Shown in pieces: positions 19,690 to 27,990 of a stretch of DNA of 41,944 nt (its first letter is position 1; each line of letters opens with the position of its first letter). The stretch is from Gemmatimonadota bacterium. Its GTDB lineage: Bacteria; Gemmatimonadota; Gemmatimonadetes; Gemmatimonadales; GWC2-71-9. The notes below the pieces were generated by a model. The model saw only the letters and a list, made by a program, of their open reading frames with translations. It had not been told where the DNA came from and did not search any database. The stretch spans positions 1-41,944 of the forward strand of contig JBDHKN010000048.1 of assembly GCA_039586365.1 (NCBI GenBank). The letters run 5' to 3'. The position numbers and the translations under genes are program-made.

Positions 19690-20712
19690 CTACCCCCACC
19701 ACTGCTCCAGGAACCGCAGCGCGTTGCCGTACGCAAGTGCACTCAGTTCACTCGCACCCAACACACCGCCAAGCGACCGGAGGATCTCCTGGTACTTCCC
19801 GGCGTGGGCGTGCTCGTCGAAGAAGAATGGGATTCTACTCGGGTCGGGATGGCTCCTCCAATAGAAGAAGTCGCCACCAAAGCAAAGGGCCTCTTGAGCG
19901 CCACACTCGAAACCGTGCACGATGTGCTTCAGCAGGAATGACGGATCCTCGGGATGGACGAAGGCCCGCACGAAGTTGATCCCGATCAACCCTCCCCGCT
20001 CCACAACGGCCTGAACAATCTCATCCGGTAGGTTGCGTGGATGCTCGAACACGGCCCTGAAGTTCGAGTGGCTCGCAACAACTGGTACGTCCAGACCCTG
20101 CTTGTCAATGTGGTTCAATATGCCGTGAGCCAGGGAATCACTGGTGTGGGACAGGTCGACTGCTATCCGCTTGCCATCGAGGAACTCGAGTAGAGCCTTG
20201 CCGTCTTGTTTGAGCCCCACTTGAGTCTGATTGCCGCCACCGAATCGGTTCGCGGTGTGATGGGTGAGCGTGATGTAGAGGATTCTCCCCATTTCGTCGA
20301 CCATCGTTTCCAGTCTCCGAAAAGCCAGATCCAACGGTTCGCTCTCGGTGCATAACCCCGACGCATTCTCGATGCTGGTGACAACACCGATCCCCGACGC
20401 GTTGACGGTCTCCCGGGCGAGTCGGAGGGTCGTGATGTTCGTCAGGCTCGGATGGTTGGCAGAGAGTAGCTGGCGAAACCGGAGCGACTGCTTTGCCGCC
20501 TGATGAGGGCTGTCCGCGCCGGTACCCGTGTAGACGGCAAGTACCTGAAGCTTGACATTGCCTGCGAGCAGGAACGGGATGGCACATCCTATGGCAGCTA
20601 CATCCTCCGGCCGCGCACCCTCCACCGTCGTCAAGTAACCCAGTAGGTCGCAGTGGAGATCCACGATCGGGAGTGTGGTATCGGCTTCACCGCCATCCTG
20701 CCGTTGGGACAT
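19690..20712 (-). CDS. Membrane dipeptidase (peptidase M19)
   Basis: 'DLHCD', 'SIEN', 'VDLSH', 'ASHSN', 'HPRNL', 'FGGDF', 'GNALRFL'. Confidence 0.9.
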   Translation of the reverse strand: MSQRQDGGEADTTLPIVDLHCDLLGYLTTVEGARPEDVAAIGCAIPFLLAGNVKLQVLAVYTGTGADSPHQAAKQSLRFRQLLSANHPSLTNITTLRLARETVNASGIGVVTSIENASGLCTESEPLDLAFRRLETMVDEMGRILYITLTHHTANRFGGGNQTQVGLKQDGKALLEFLDGKRIAVDLSHTSDSLAHGILNHIDKQGLDVPVVASHSNFRAVFEHPRNLPDEIVQAVVERGGLIGINFVRAFVHPEDPSFLLKHIVHGFECGAQEALCFGGDFFYWRSHPDPSRIPFFFDEHAHAGKYQEILRSLGGVLGASELSALAYGNALRFLEQWWG

Positions 20713-20762
20713 GTGAGCCTCCGGTGGCCGGGTCGGTACCCCCCGGCCCGGAATAGGGGCTG

Positions 20763-21692
20763 CTAGACGGAGGGAATCTCCATCTCGCCTTCACTGACGA
20801 TCACGGCACTGCCACCTACACGGATCGCCGAGATCACACCGTCGCGCTTGTCTGCCTCCACAGTGAGCCGGCTGGGACGTCCCATCTCGATTCCCTGCTC
20901 GACGATCCATTGCAGGCGTGCGTTCTCGCGTCGATCGCGTGCGGCAAGATAGACTGCCAAAGATGCCGCCGCTGCTCCCGTTGCAGGATCCTCGGCGATC
21001 CCAAATCCCGGTGCGAAGAAGCGGGAGTGAATGTCCGATGCCGCGTTCTCCGTTTCGTAGCTGAAGACATACGGGTGCGGTGCCCAGTAGTTCTGCAGCA
21101 ACTGCTCCCACACATCGGAGCGCAAGCGGCAGTGACGCACCGCGGCGAGATCCCGGAGCGGCACGAAGAGGCACGGCGCACCACAACTGACCGCTTGTGG
21201 CGGGCTGTCCCCACCGAGCAGATCAGAGCTGTCCAGCGACAACACCTGAGCAATCTGCTCGGCCGCTGGGGGACTCGGGCCGAACTCCGGAGTGCTGGGC
21301 GCCGACAGTTGCCCGTAGAGCAGACCCTCATCCAGCTCGCTGACCGCGACTGGCACCAAACCGACGCCCTCCTCGAAAGTGATCCGCGCCACGCCTCCGG
21401 TAATGGCCACGTCGCCGGTCCAGACCAGGACGAGTGCAGTGCCAATCGTGGGGTGACCGGCAAACGGCAGTTCTGTGGTAGGCGTGAAGATCCTCAGTCC
21501 GTGTGTGCCGGTCTCTCCCTCGGCCGGCAACACGAATGTGGTTTCGGACAAGTTGAATTCTCGAGCGATGAGCTGCATCTGCTGTGAACTCAGACCACGT
21601 GCATCCGGGAAGACCGCCAGCGGATTTCCGCCGAAAGCGCGATCGGTGAAAACGTCGCAGGTGAAGAAACGGTACCTCATCGACGCCAGCAT
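20763..21692 (-). CDS. phzF: PhzF-family isomerase
   Basis: '[16 protein letters not shown]', 'NLSETTF', '[11 protein letters not shown]', 'EDPATGAA', 'QGIEMGRPS'. AAGGAG RBS. Confidence 0.93.
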   Translation of the reverse strand: MLASMRYRFFTCDVFTDRAFGGNPLAVFPDARGLSSQQMQLIAREFNLSETTFVLPAEGETGTHGLRIFTPTTELPFAGHPTIGTALVLVWTGDVAITGGVARITFEEGVGLVPVAVSELDEGLLYGQLSAPSTPEFGPSPPAAEQIAQVLSLDSSDLLGGDSPPQAVSCGAPCLFVPLRDLAAVRHCRLRSDVWEQLLQNYWAPHPYVFSYETENAASDIHSRFFAPGFGIAEDPATGAAAASLAVYLAARDRRENARLQWIVEQGIEMGRPSRLTVEADKRDGVISAIRVGGSAVIVSEGEMEIPSV

Positions 21693-21898
21693 CCCGGTCT
21701 CCTTTGGCTGGTGAGCGCTGACAACTCCGCGTGCATTTTGGGGACACTCCTGAGTTGGCATTTCAACCAACGAACTTCGGGTTGGGTCCTGTGTGGTCCC
21801 GCTTGCCCCACCAGCCGAGATTCGAGTGGATACCCGACAGGGACCGGTCGGCGTGGGTCCAGCCGGGAAATCCAGGAACGCCAGGACCGACACATACG

Positions 21899-21915
21899 AT
21901 TGTGACTGTGACAAT
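21899..21915. promoter_or_regulatory. Palindromic operator-like site ATTGT-N7-ACAAT upstream of phzF
   Basis: ATTGTGACTGTGACAAT seen directly in the sequence. Confidence 0.4.
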
Positions 21916-22092
21916 GTAGGTCAATTGACATCCCGCCGCTTCGAGAGTAGTGGCCGAGCGAGCCGGTGTCTCCCAGTTGCTGGGTTGTCAAACCCAACGC
22001 GTGAGGGCGCGGTCGCCCTTCCCTTCGGCCGCAGTAGCGACCATCCTTGAACGGCAGTACCGCACCTCAGTCACGCAAAGGAAACGCGCATC

Positions 22093-23340
22093 ATGCTTCC
22101 GTCCGCTTCGTGCCCATCGCTCCTGCAGCTTCGCTCACTGACGCTGCTGCTGCTCCCGCTCGCTTGCGCCACCGACGACGCGAGCCGGCAAGCGCCGTGG
22201 CCCACCGAGGGGTGGACGTCTTCGTCCCTCGAGCAGCAAGGTCTCGATCCCGCCCCTCTCATCACACTGCGCGACTCGATCAGTGCCGGGACGTTCGGCA
22301 ATGTCGATCGCATGGTCGTGGTGCGGAACGGCTACCTCGTCATGAGCGAGCGATTCCCCCGCGACTATCGCGCGATCAGTCGTGGCGTGCGCGGGCCGCT
22401 GGGCTGCGGCGTGGACGCGTGCGAGGATTCGACCGAGCTGCACCAGTTCAACTACCTCCACCCCGACTTCCATCCGTATTACCAGGGCCGCGATGTCCAC
22501 TCTCTGCAGTCGGTGACGAAATCGGTCGCAGCGACCTTGATCGGCGTCGCCATCGCACAACGGGAAATCGCGGGAGTCGAGGCGCCGCTGCTGTCCTTCT
22601 TCGAGGACTACGACCTCTCACGCGTCGATCCGCGCCTCCAGAACGCGACGCTCGCCGACCTGCTCACTATGCGCTCGGGAATCGAGTGGCACGAGAGCGA
22701 CCGGCCGCTCGACGAAACGAACACCACTTTACAGCTCGAGTACGCCGACGACTGGATCCAGTTCACGCTGGACCAGCCGATGGACGCCGCGCCCGGAGAG
22801 AAGTGGGTGTACAACAGCGGCGGGAGCCACCTGATGTCGGGGATCATCAAGGCGGCGACGGGTGAGTACATCGACGCCTACGCCGAGCAGTACTTGTTCG
22901 GCCCGCTGGGCGTCGACGACCACCACTGGAAGAAGACGCCGCGGGGCTACCCCGATACGGAAGGGGGGCTGTACCTCGAGGCCGAGCAGCTCGCCAAGAT
23001 CGGCTATCTGTATTTGCGCGACGGCGTGTGGGACGGAGGGCGCATCCTGCCACAGCGGTGGGTTGCCGAGGCAACTGCCCGGCATGTCGACAGCGTTGGC
23101 GTCGCCGACTGGGGCTACGGCTACCAGTGGTGGCGGCTCGACACGCAGGACACGGACATCTGGGCGGGCCTGGGCTTTGGCGGGCAGTTCCTGCTCGTGC
23201 TGCCGGCCTACGATCTCGTCGGTGTCATCAACAGCTGGAACGTCTTCGGCGGCAACCAGGGCAACGTGCTCGCCGCGTTCATCGACGCGCTACGCACAGC
23301 GCTGGGTGCGGGCGGGGAGGACCCGCAAGGCGTGCAGTGA
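22093..23340 (+). CDS. Beta-lactamase class C-like serine hydrolase, probable lipoprotein
   Basis: SxxK (QSVTKS), 'LLTMRSG', 'PGEKWVYNSG', 'YGYQWW' and lipobox PLAC. Confidence 0.92.
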   Translation: MLPSASCPSLLQLRSLTLLLLPLACATDDASRQAPWPTEGWTSSSLEQQGLDPAPLITLRDSISAGTFGNVDRMVVVRNGYLVMSERFPRDYRAISRGVRGPLGCGVDACEDSTELHQFNYLHPDFHPYYQGRDVHSLQSVTKSVAATLIGVAIAQREIAGVEAPLLSFFEDYDLSRVDPRLQNATLADLLTMRSGIEWHESDRPLDETNTTLQLEYADDWIQFTLDQPMDAAPGEKWVYNSGGSHLMSGIIKAATGEYIDAYAEQYLFGPLGVDDHHWKKTPRGYPDTEGGLYLEAEQLAKIGYLYLRDGVWDGGRILPQRWVAEATARHVDSVGVADWGYGYQWWRLDTQDTDIWAGLGFGGQFLLVLPAYDLVGVINSWNVFGGNQGNVLAAFIDALRTALGAGGEDPQGVQ

Positions 23341-23366
23341 CCCGTGGTGTTCCGTAAACGGCGTGG

Positions 23367-23618
23367 ATGTCGAGTCGTGACGACACCCTGGACCACTACG
23401 GCTACCAGTGGTGGTTGCCACATGCGCACTCCTCATACAGGGATGCAGGTGTTACCGAACAGAGCTGCATGGCGATGGGAATCTACGTTCAGCGAATCAT
23501 TGTGATTCCCGAAGCGGGTATCGTCGCGGTCCGAGTCGGAGATGATGTGCCCTCAGACGATCTGGAATGGGAGACCAGCGAGTCCATACGTCTGATCCTC
23601 GACGTGATCGACCGCTGA
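23367..23618 (+). pseudogene. C-terminal fragment of another serine hydrolase
   Basis: 'YGYQWW...AMGIYVQRIIVIPEAGIVAVR' is the C-terminal family motif; no SxxK or N-terminus is present. Confidence 0.65.
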
Positions 23619-23799
23619 CTACTAGCGTCCAATCTGCGCGTCGGGGGGTGGTGGGTGGACCTGCGGCCGCCAAGCGGTCGCGGTCCGCTTCGCAACAAAC
23701 CCCGCCGTCCTGACTGCCAGATGGCAACGGATCGTACTGCGGAAACCGCCTCCAACCGCTCCTGGAGTGAGGTCCTGATCGGACCAGCGCCGGCTGTCC

Positions 23800-24705
23800 T
23801 TATGCGGCTACAGTGCTTCCCGGCCGTTCCAGGTACGCCGAGCGCAGCATCGCGATGGCGGAGTAGAACACCACGACCACGACGAGCCACCGCACCGCGG
23901 TCAGCGGCAACGATTTTACCACGAAGGCCGCAATGAGAACGGCCGGAATCCCTCCCAGCGCCAGACCGATGGCGGCTCGAAGACTGTAGGCATTGGCGCG
24001 CAGAAAGCGAAGCGCAGCCACCGGCATGAGAAACGCCGACGAGCCCATCATGATCGGGAACGCCACCGTAGGATTCATGCCGAGTACGCTGATCATGATC
24101 ATCGACGGTGCGTACATGCCGATCCCAATCGTCATGAGCGCCCCAAGTACGAAATTTCCGACGACCGCTCCAGCAAGCGCCAAGCGCCGCAAACCGAGTG
24201 CTTCCCCGCCGACCGGAACGAACCCGAGGTTCGCCATGACGAATGTGGCTGCGGCGATGAGCAGCGCGATGCCCATCCCGATCTGAATCCGGCGGCGCGG
24301 CCATCGCGCCACCACACCGGCTCCCAACCAAGCACCGAGCGTCGCCGACGCGATGAGCGCCGCGAGCGTGATCACATCGACCGAGATGATGGCGATGAAA
24401 ATGAAAGCCTGAATGATGACCGGCGGCGTATGTCCGACGTGGAGTGTACCGGGGATACGCTCGTCAGGCACCACGTGTTTGAGCTTGAACAACGAGGTGG
24501 TCGGGGCAAACGAACCGATCCCAAGCGTGTCGAAGAAGTTGGTCCCGAATCCGATGCCCAGCTCGAGCGCGGACGTGCCAACGTCATCGGGGTTCCCCGC
24601 AGCACCGGCACGGCGAGCCAGTCGCACGTGCTGGATCCAACGCACGACAAACACCAAGCCGAGCAAGCCGAGAATGACGAACAGCAGAAGCCGAATCTGT
24701 GGCAT
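23800..24705 (-). CDS. Sulfite exporter TauE/SafE-family membrane protein
   Basis: Multi-TM protein with 'GFGTNFFDTLGIGSFAPTT', 'LMTIGIGMYAP' and 'AFPIMMGS'. Confidence 0.85.
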   Translation of the reverse strand: MPQIRLLLFVILGLLGLVFVVRWIQHVRLARRAGAAGNPDDVGTSALELGIGFGTNFFDTLGIGSFAPTTSLFKLKHVVPDERIPGTLHVGHTPPVIIQAFIFIAIISVDVITLAALIASATLGAWLGAGVVARWPRRRIQIGMGIALLIAAATFVMANLGFVPVGGEALGLRRLALAGAVVGNFVLGALMTIGIGMYAPSMIMISVLGMNPTVAFPIMMGSSAFLMPVAALRFLRANAYSLRAAIGLALGGIPAVLIAAFVVKSLPLTAVRWLVVVVVFYSAIAMLRSAYLERPGSTVAA

Positions 24706-24851
24706 TGATCTCCAGGAATGCGCTCAAGCGACGTTAAAGGCCCACATACCACCGTTCATCTACGGGCACAACTTCCACGTTCATTGTCGGGGAAGCAAGT
24801 TAACGGAGATTTGCCGCGTTTCTCGCTAGCCGCTCCTGGAAATGACGACAA

Positions 24852-24879
24852 TGTCTACATCGATGTAGACAAAGTAGAC
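24852..24879. promoter_or_regulatory. Perfect 20-bp palindrome plus extra half-site; probable PadR-type operator
   Basis: TGTCTACATCGATGTAGACA (24852-24871). ACAAAGTAGAC (24869-24879) is the reverse complement of GTCTACTTTGT found upstream of padR at 31387. Confidence 0.55.
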
Positions 24880-24931
24880 ATCTGTCCATATTCTTATCAG
24901 GGGATGCACAGTTGGATAGGGGAGAAGTAGC

Positions 24932-25110
24932 TCCGTCGGGTTGTATGGTGACGGGATGGAAGGTCAGCTCTTCGGAGTTCAACCCGGCGATCCCCTGATC
25001 CTTGCGGTGGGTGCAGCGTTGCTGGTCGCATCCATTCGGGTGGGCGTTTGTCTACCGGCGCGAAGGGCGGCGCCTCGAATCCGCTGGAGGTACTGAGAGG
25101 GGTAGAGTGA
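24932..25110 (+). pseudogene. Remnant C-terminus of an ADOP permease (internal deletion plus frameshift)
   Basis: Translates as SVGLYG|DGMEGQLFGVQPGDPLILAVGAALLVA..LPARRAA / (frame change) SNPLEVLRGVE*, matching the C-termini of the two intact ADOPs in this window. Confidence 0.75.
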
Positions 25111-25112
25111 GA

Positions 25113-26390
25113 ATGAGATACAGACTCTGCATGTCACTGGCGGCGATCACGGTCGTCGCGTGTGGGTACAACGGCACTCGGATCCCGGAGAATGCCCTGG
25201 TAGTGAGCAATGGTGCGGTCATCGACGGCACCGGAGGACCGCCTATCGTCGCTGGCGTGGTGGTCGTCCACGGCGAACGGATTTTAGCTGTGGGCGAGGC
25301 AGATAGCTTCCAGATTCCCGAGGACGCCAGAGTTGTTGATGCCGGCGGTGGTACCATTCTGCCCGGTGTCATCAACTCCCACACGCACAGCACTCACGAT
25401 CCTGCTGTCCGACGCGCGTTCTTGACCGACGGCGTCACGACCGTTTGTAACCTCGGTACAACTCTCGATCGACTTCCGATGTTCGATGAAGCCTCGGTGC
25501 CCGAGGGTGCTGCGGCAAGGGGATTCTGGGCCGGACCGATTATCACCGCACCCGGCGGCTACCCGGGTCCTGTCTACGGATCGCAGTTCAGCTACGAAGT
25601 CGGGTCCCCGGAGGAAGCGCGTGCAGCGGTGACCGATCTGCTGGATCGCGGGGCCAGCATGATCAAGATCGCTGTAGCCCCCGGCGATCCTCGGAACCCC
25701 TGGCCCGTCCTCGATCTGGCACGGGTGCAGGCCATCGTCGAAGCAGCCCACGCCCGTGGTGCCCTCGTCCGGGCTCATGTTTTCGAACCATACCTCGTGG
25801 AGGACATCATTCTGCCTGCCGGTGTGGACGTAATCGAGCACGAACCGTTTCCAATCCTTACGCCTGAAGAGGAGAGCCGTGTTCTCGACAGCGACGATCC
25901 GCGCACTCTGCTGTTCGATGTCGTGGCGCCAGAGTTCGAGAGATTGCTGCAGCGTGTCGTTGATCAGGGCACGGTGATGGTGCCGACCCTCGACCAGCGT
26001 GTTGGCACCCTGTTCACCAATCCTGACCGCTCGCTGGTGGAGCAGATTGTGGTTGCTGTGCATGTGGAGGCTGCGCGCCGCTTCCATGCCCTCGGTGGCA
26101 TTCTCGCCCTCGGGAACGATTTCGGTGGAGTCCCCAACGTCGAGCCGGGGATGCCACTGGTGGAGATGGAGCTGTTCCTGGCGGCTGGGCTGACGCCGAT
26201 GGAAGTCATCGAGGCGAGCACTCGGCATGCGGCCACTGTTTGTGGGCACGGTGGCAGTCTGGGCACCCTGGAGCCCGGAAAGCTGGCCGACATCATCGTT
26301 GTGGCTGGAGATCCGTTGACCGATCTCGCGGCCATGGACAGCGTGATTGCTGTGATCAAAGGCGGTGAGCTGGCGCACCGAAACAACTAA
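25113..26390 (+). CDS. Amidohydrolase-family metal-dependent hydrolase, probable lipoprotein
   Basis: 'VVDAGGGTILPGVINSHTH', 'IKIA', 'VRAH', 'IEH', 'LGND', 'GTLEPGKLADII'; lipobox VVAC. Confidence 0.9.
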   Translation: MRYRLCMSLAAITVVACGYNGTRIPENALVVSNGAVIDGTGGPPIVAGVVVVHGERILAVGEADSFQIPEDARVVDAGGGTILPGVINSHTHSTHDPAVRRAFLTDGVTTVCNLGTTLDRLPMFDEASVPEGAAARGFWAGPIITAPGGYPGPVYGSQFSYEVGSPEEARAAVTDLLDRGASMIKIAVAPGDPRNPWPVLDLARVQAIVEAAHARGALVRAHVFEPYLVEDIILPAGVDVIEHEPFPILTPEEESRVLDSDDPRTLLFDVVAPEFERLLQRVVDQGTVMVPTLDQRVGTLFTNPDRSLVEQIVVAVHVEAARRFHALGGILALGNDFGGVPNVEPGMPLVEMELFLAAGLTPMEVIEASTRHAATVCGHGGSLGTLEPGKLADIIVVAGDPLTDLAAMDSVIAVIKGGELAHRNN

Positions 26391-26485
26391 CGGCAGCTCA
26401 GACAATAGCCTCGCTGTGGTCTCCTGCGAGGATTTCGAGCGCTCGGCCTTAGAACGGTAACGGTCTGCGGGGACGCAGCCGTTAG
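26387..26485. repeat. ~100-bp imperfect inverted repeat with TAAC...GTTAG ends (attC-like)
   Basis: CTAACGGCAGC (includes the amidohydrolase stop codon) pairs with GCAGCCGTTAG; internal CCTCGC..GCGAGG stem. Confidence 0.45.
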
Positions 26486-26535
26486 CATGGCGCGGTGTGC
26501 CACCCTTGCAGATTCTGCCGAGCCGAGGTGACCTT

Positions 26536-26779
26536 ATGGGCATGGCCGCTCCAGTGTACTGCACAGCAGACATGGTGCGGGCGCTTCCCGACGATGGCAA
26601 CCGCTACGAGGCCGTCCACGGGGAGCTACTCGTGACGCCGGCGCCCAGGCTGTGGCATCAGGCGATTGTGAGCCGGCTGATTGTGGCGTTTGACAGTTTC
26701 CGACTCAGCGACCTGGCATCCCGCGGGCGCAGAAGAGCCACTCACGATCCAGCTCGCGGAGCTGTTCAAGGCGATCTAG
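26536..26779 (+). pseudogene. Uma2-family (restriction endonuclease-like) gene with a large internal deletion
   Basis: N-terminus 'TADMVRALPDDGNRYEAVHGELLVTPAP..HQ' is fused out of frame to C-terminus 'WHPAGAEEPLTIQLAELFKAI*'; the catalytic PD-(D/E)xK core is absent. Confidence 0.8.
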
Positions 26780-27082
26780 CGACGCGCGCGGCTTGCACCA
26801 CCCCCGCCTTTCCTTCCATCGTTCCATTTGCCGACCGGCCCATCCTCTGAGGGGATCCCGCAACCGACCCTTAACCGATCAACACCTCCTTCCCCGACCG
26901 CTGCACGAGTTGGGCAAGCGCTCTCACAACGCTGACGGCGGTTTGCACCGAACACCTATCGAGTGCAGGGAAGTGTGCGTCTTCCTGCAGCTCAGAGATC
27001 CGGCTATGGTCGCGCTGCGGACCTACTCACGCGTCGACCTCATTCGTGCTGGCTTGTGTCAGTGAGTTTCAGGCCTCGAGCG

Positions 27083-27708
27083 TCAAGTCCGCTGCGGGCG
27101 CAACGGCCTCAGCTCCACGCGGCTCGGCAGCGAACGCTCCTCGTGCTCGAGCAGTTGTCGCACGACCCGCGCAACGTCGCCTGGTGCGAGCTTCCAGGAT
27201 TCGCCGGACGGCTCTCTGTCATTGAAGTAGGTGTCCACCGAGCCCGGCATGATGCAGCTCACCCGGATATTGTGCTCGCGCACGTCCAACATGAGGGCTT
27301 CGGTGAAGCCAACCAGTCCGAACTTCGAGGCGTTGTAGGCGGTGCCACCGGCGAACGCGTAGCGGCCGGCGAGGCTGCCGATGGTGATGATCCATCCGCC
27401 GCCTCGCTGCTTCATCTCGGGCACCGCCAGATGGCAACAGTAGTAGACGCCGGTCAAGTTGGTGTCGATCACCCGTTGCCAATCGTCAACTGGAATCTCG
27501 TCGATCGGCCCGAAGCCGCCCCCGACCCCGGCGTTTGCGACCAAGATGTCGAGACCGCCAAGCTCGCGGCCGCCGCTTCGGCTTCAGCGACTCGGCGCGA
27601 GCAGAGCACCACGTTGGCGCCGGCCTCCGCCAGCAACGCAGTGATCGCGCGCCCGATTCCTTTGCTTCCTCCCGTCACGATGGCAACCTTCCCAGCGATA
27701 GCTGGCAT
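27083..27708 (-). pseudogene. SDR oxidoreductase duplicate with a 97-bp frameshifting deletion
   Basis: Near-identical to 34591-35319 but lacks the segment equivalent to 35074-35170; the ORF is split (27469-27708 and 27083-27544). Confidence 0.88.
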
Positions 27709-27781
27709 CTCAATGTCTCCTTCCTGAGCCTCGCATAACGTTACGCTGCGATTGTCGAGTGTCGAGGTCGCTCAATTGCAC

Positions 27782-27848
27782 CGGTCCGAGGCGCCCGGCG
27801 ACCGCGCGTCTCTCAGGCGTCAAGCCGACTCGGCACTAACGACCGCAC
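27782..27848 (+). repeat. Right arm only of the long hairpin repeat (copy 1)
   Basis: CGGTCCGAGGCGCCCGGCGACCGCGCGTCTCTCAGGCGTCAAGCCGACTCGGCACT..GACCGCAC matches the right arms at ~30554-30609 and ~35547-35611. Confidence 0.85.
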
Positions 27849-27990
27849 GAGGTCCCACGCTCGTAACGGGCCGCGGCGGCGCCGCTCTCCGACAACCGCT
27901 ACTCGCTCGACCGAAATTGTCCCCGCTGGCATCGGCTGGTTACGTTTGGTGGCCGCATGCCCTCGCCACGCACCGTTGCAAAGGAGAGCC

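Noticed and set aside
19260..19690. Gene fragments between the nucleotidase and dipeptidase genes
   Set aside because: Some frames look protein-like, but none can be assigned to a family by eye.
21677..21997. PHP-domain gene suggested by 'IDLHCHSH'
   Set aside because: The motif is produced by the operator palindrome, and the following residues lack any PHP pattern (no SDG or DH).
3213..23340. Antibiotic-resistance beta-lactamases
   Set aside because: These are SxxK serine hydrolases of the broad esterase/amidase group, without a clear KTG triad; resistance cannot be inferred.
25284..26600. Long antisense ORFs (e.g. 438 aa here; also 7696-8682 and 28831-29940)
   Set aside because: Shadow ORFs of well-supported genes on the opposite strand, as expected in high-GC DNA.
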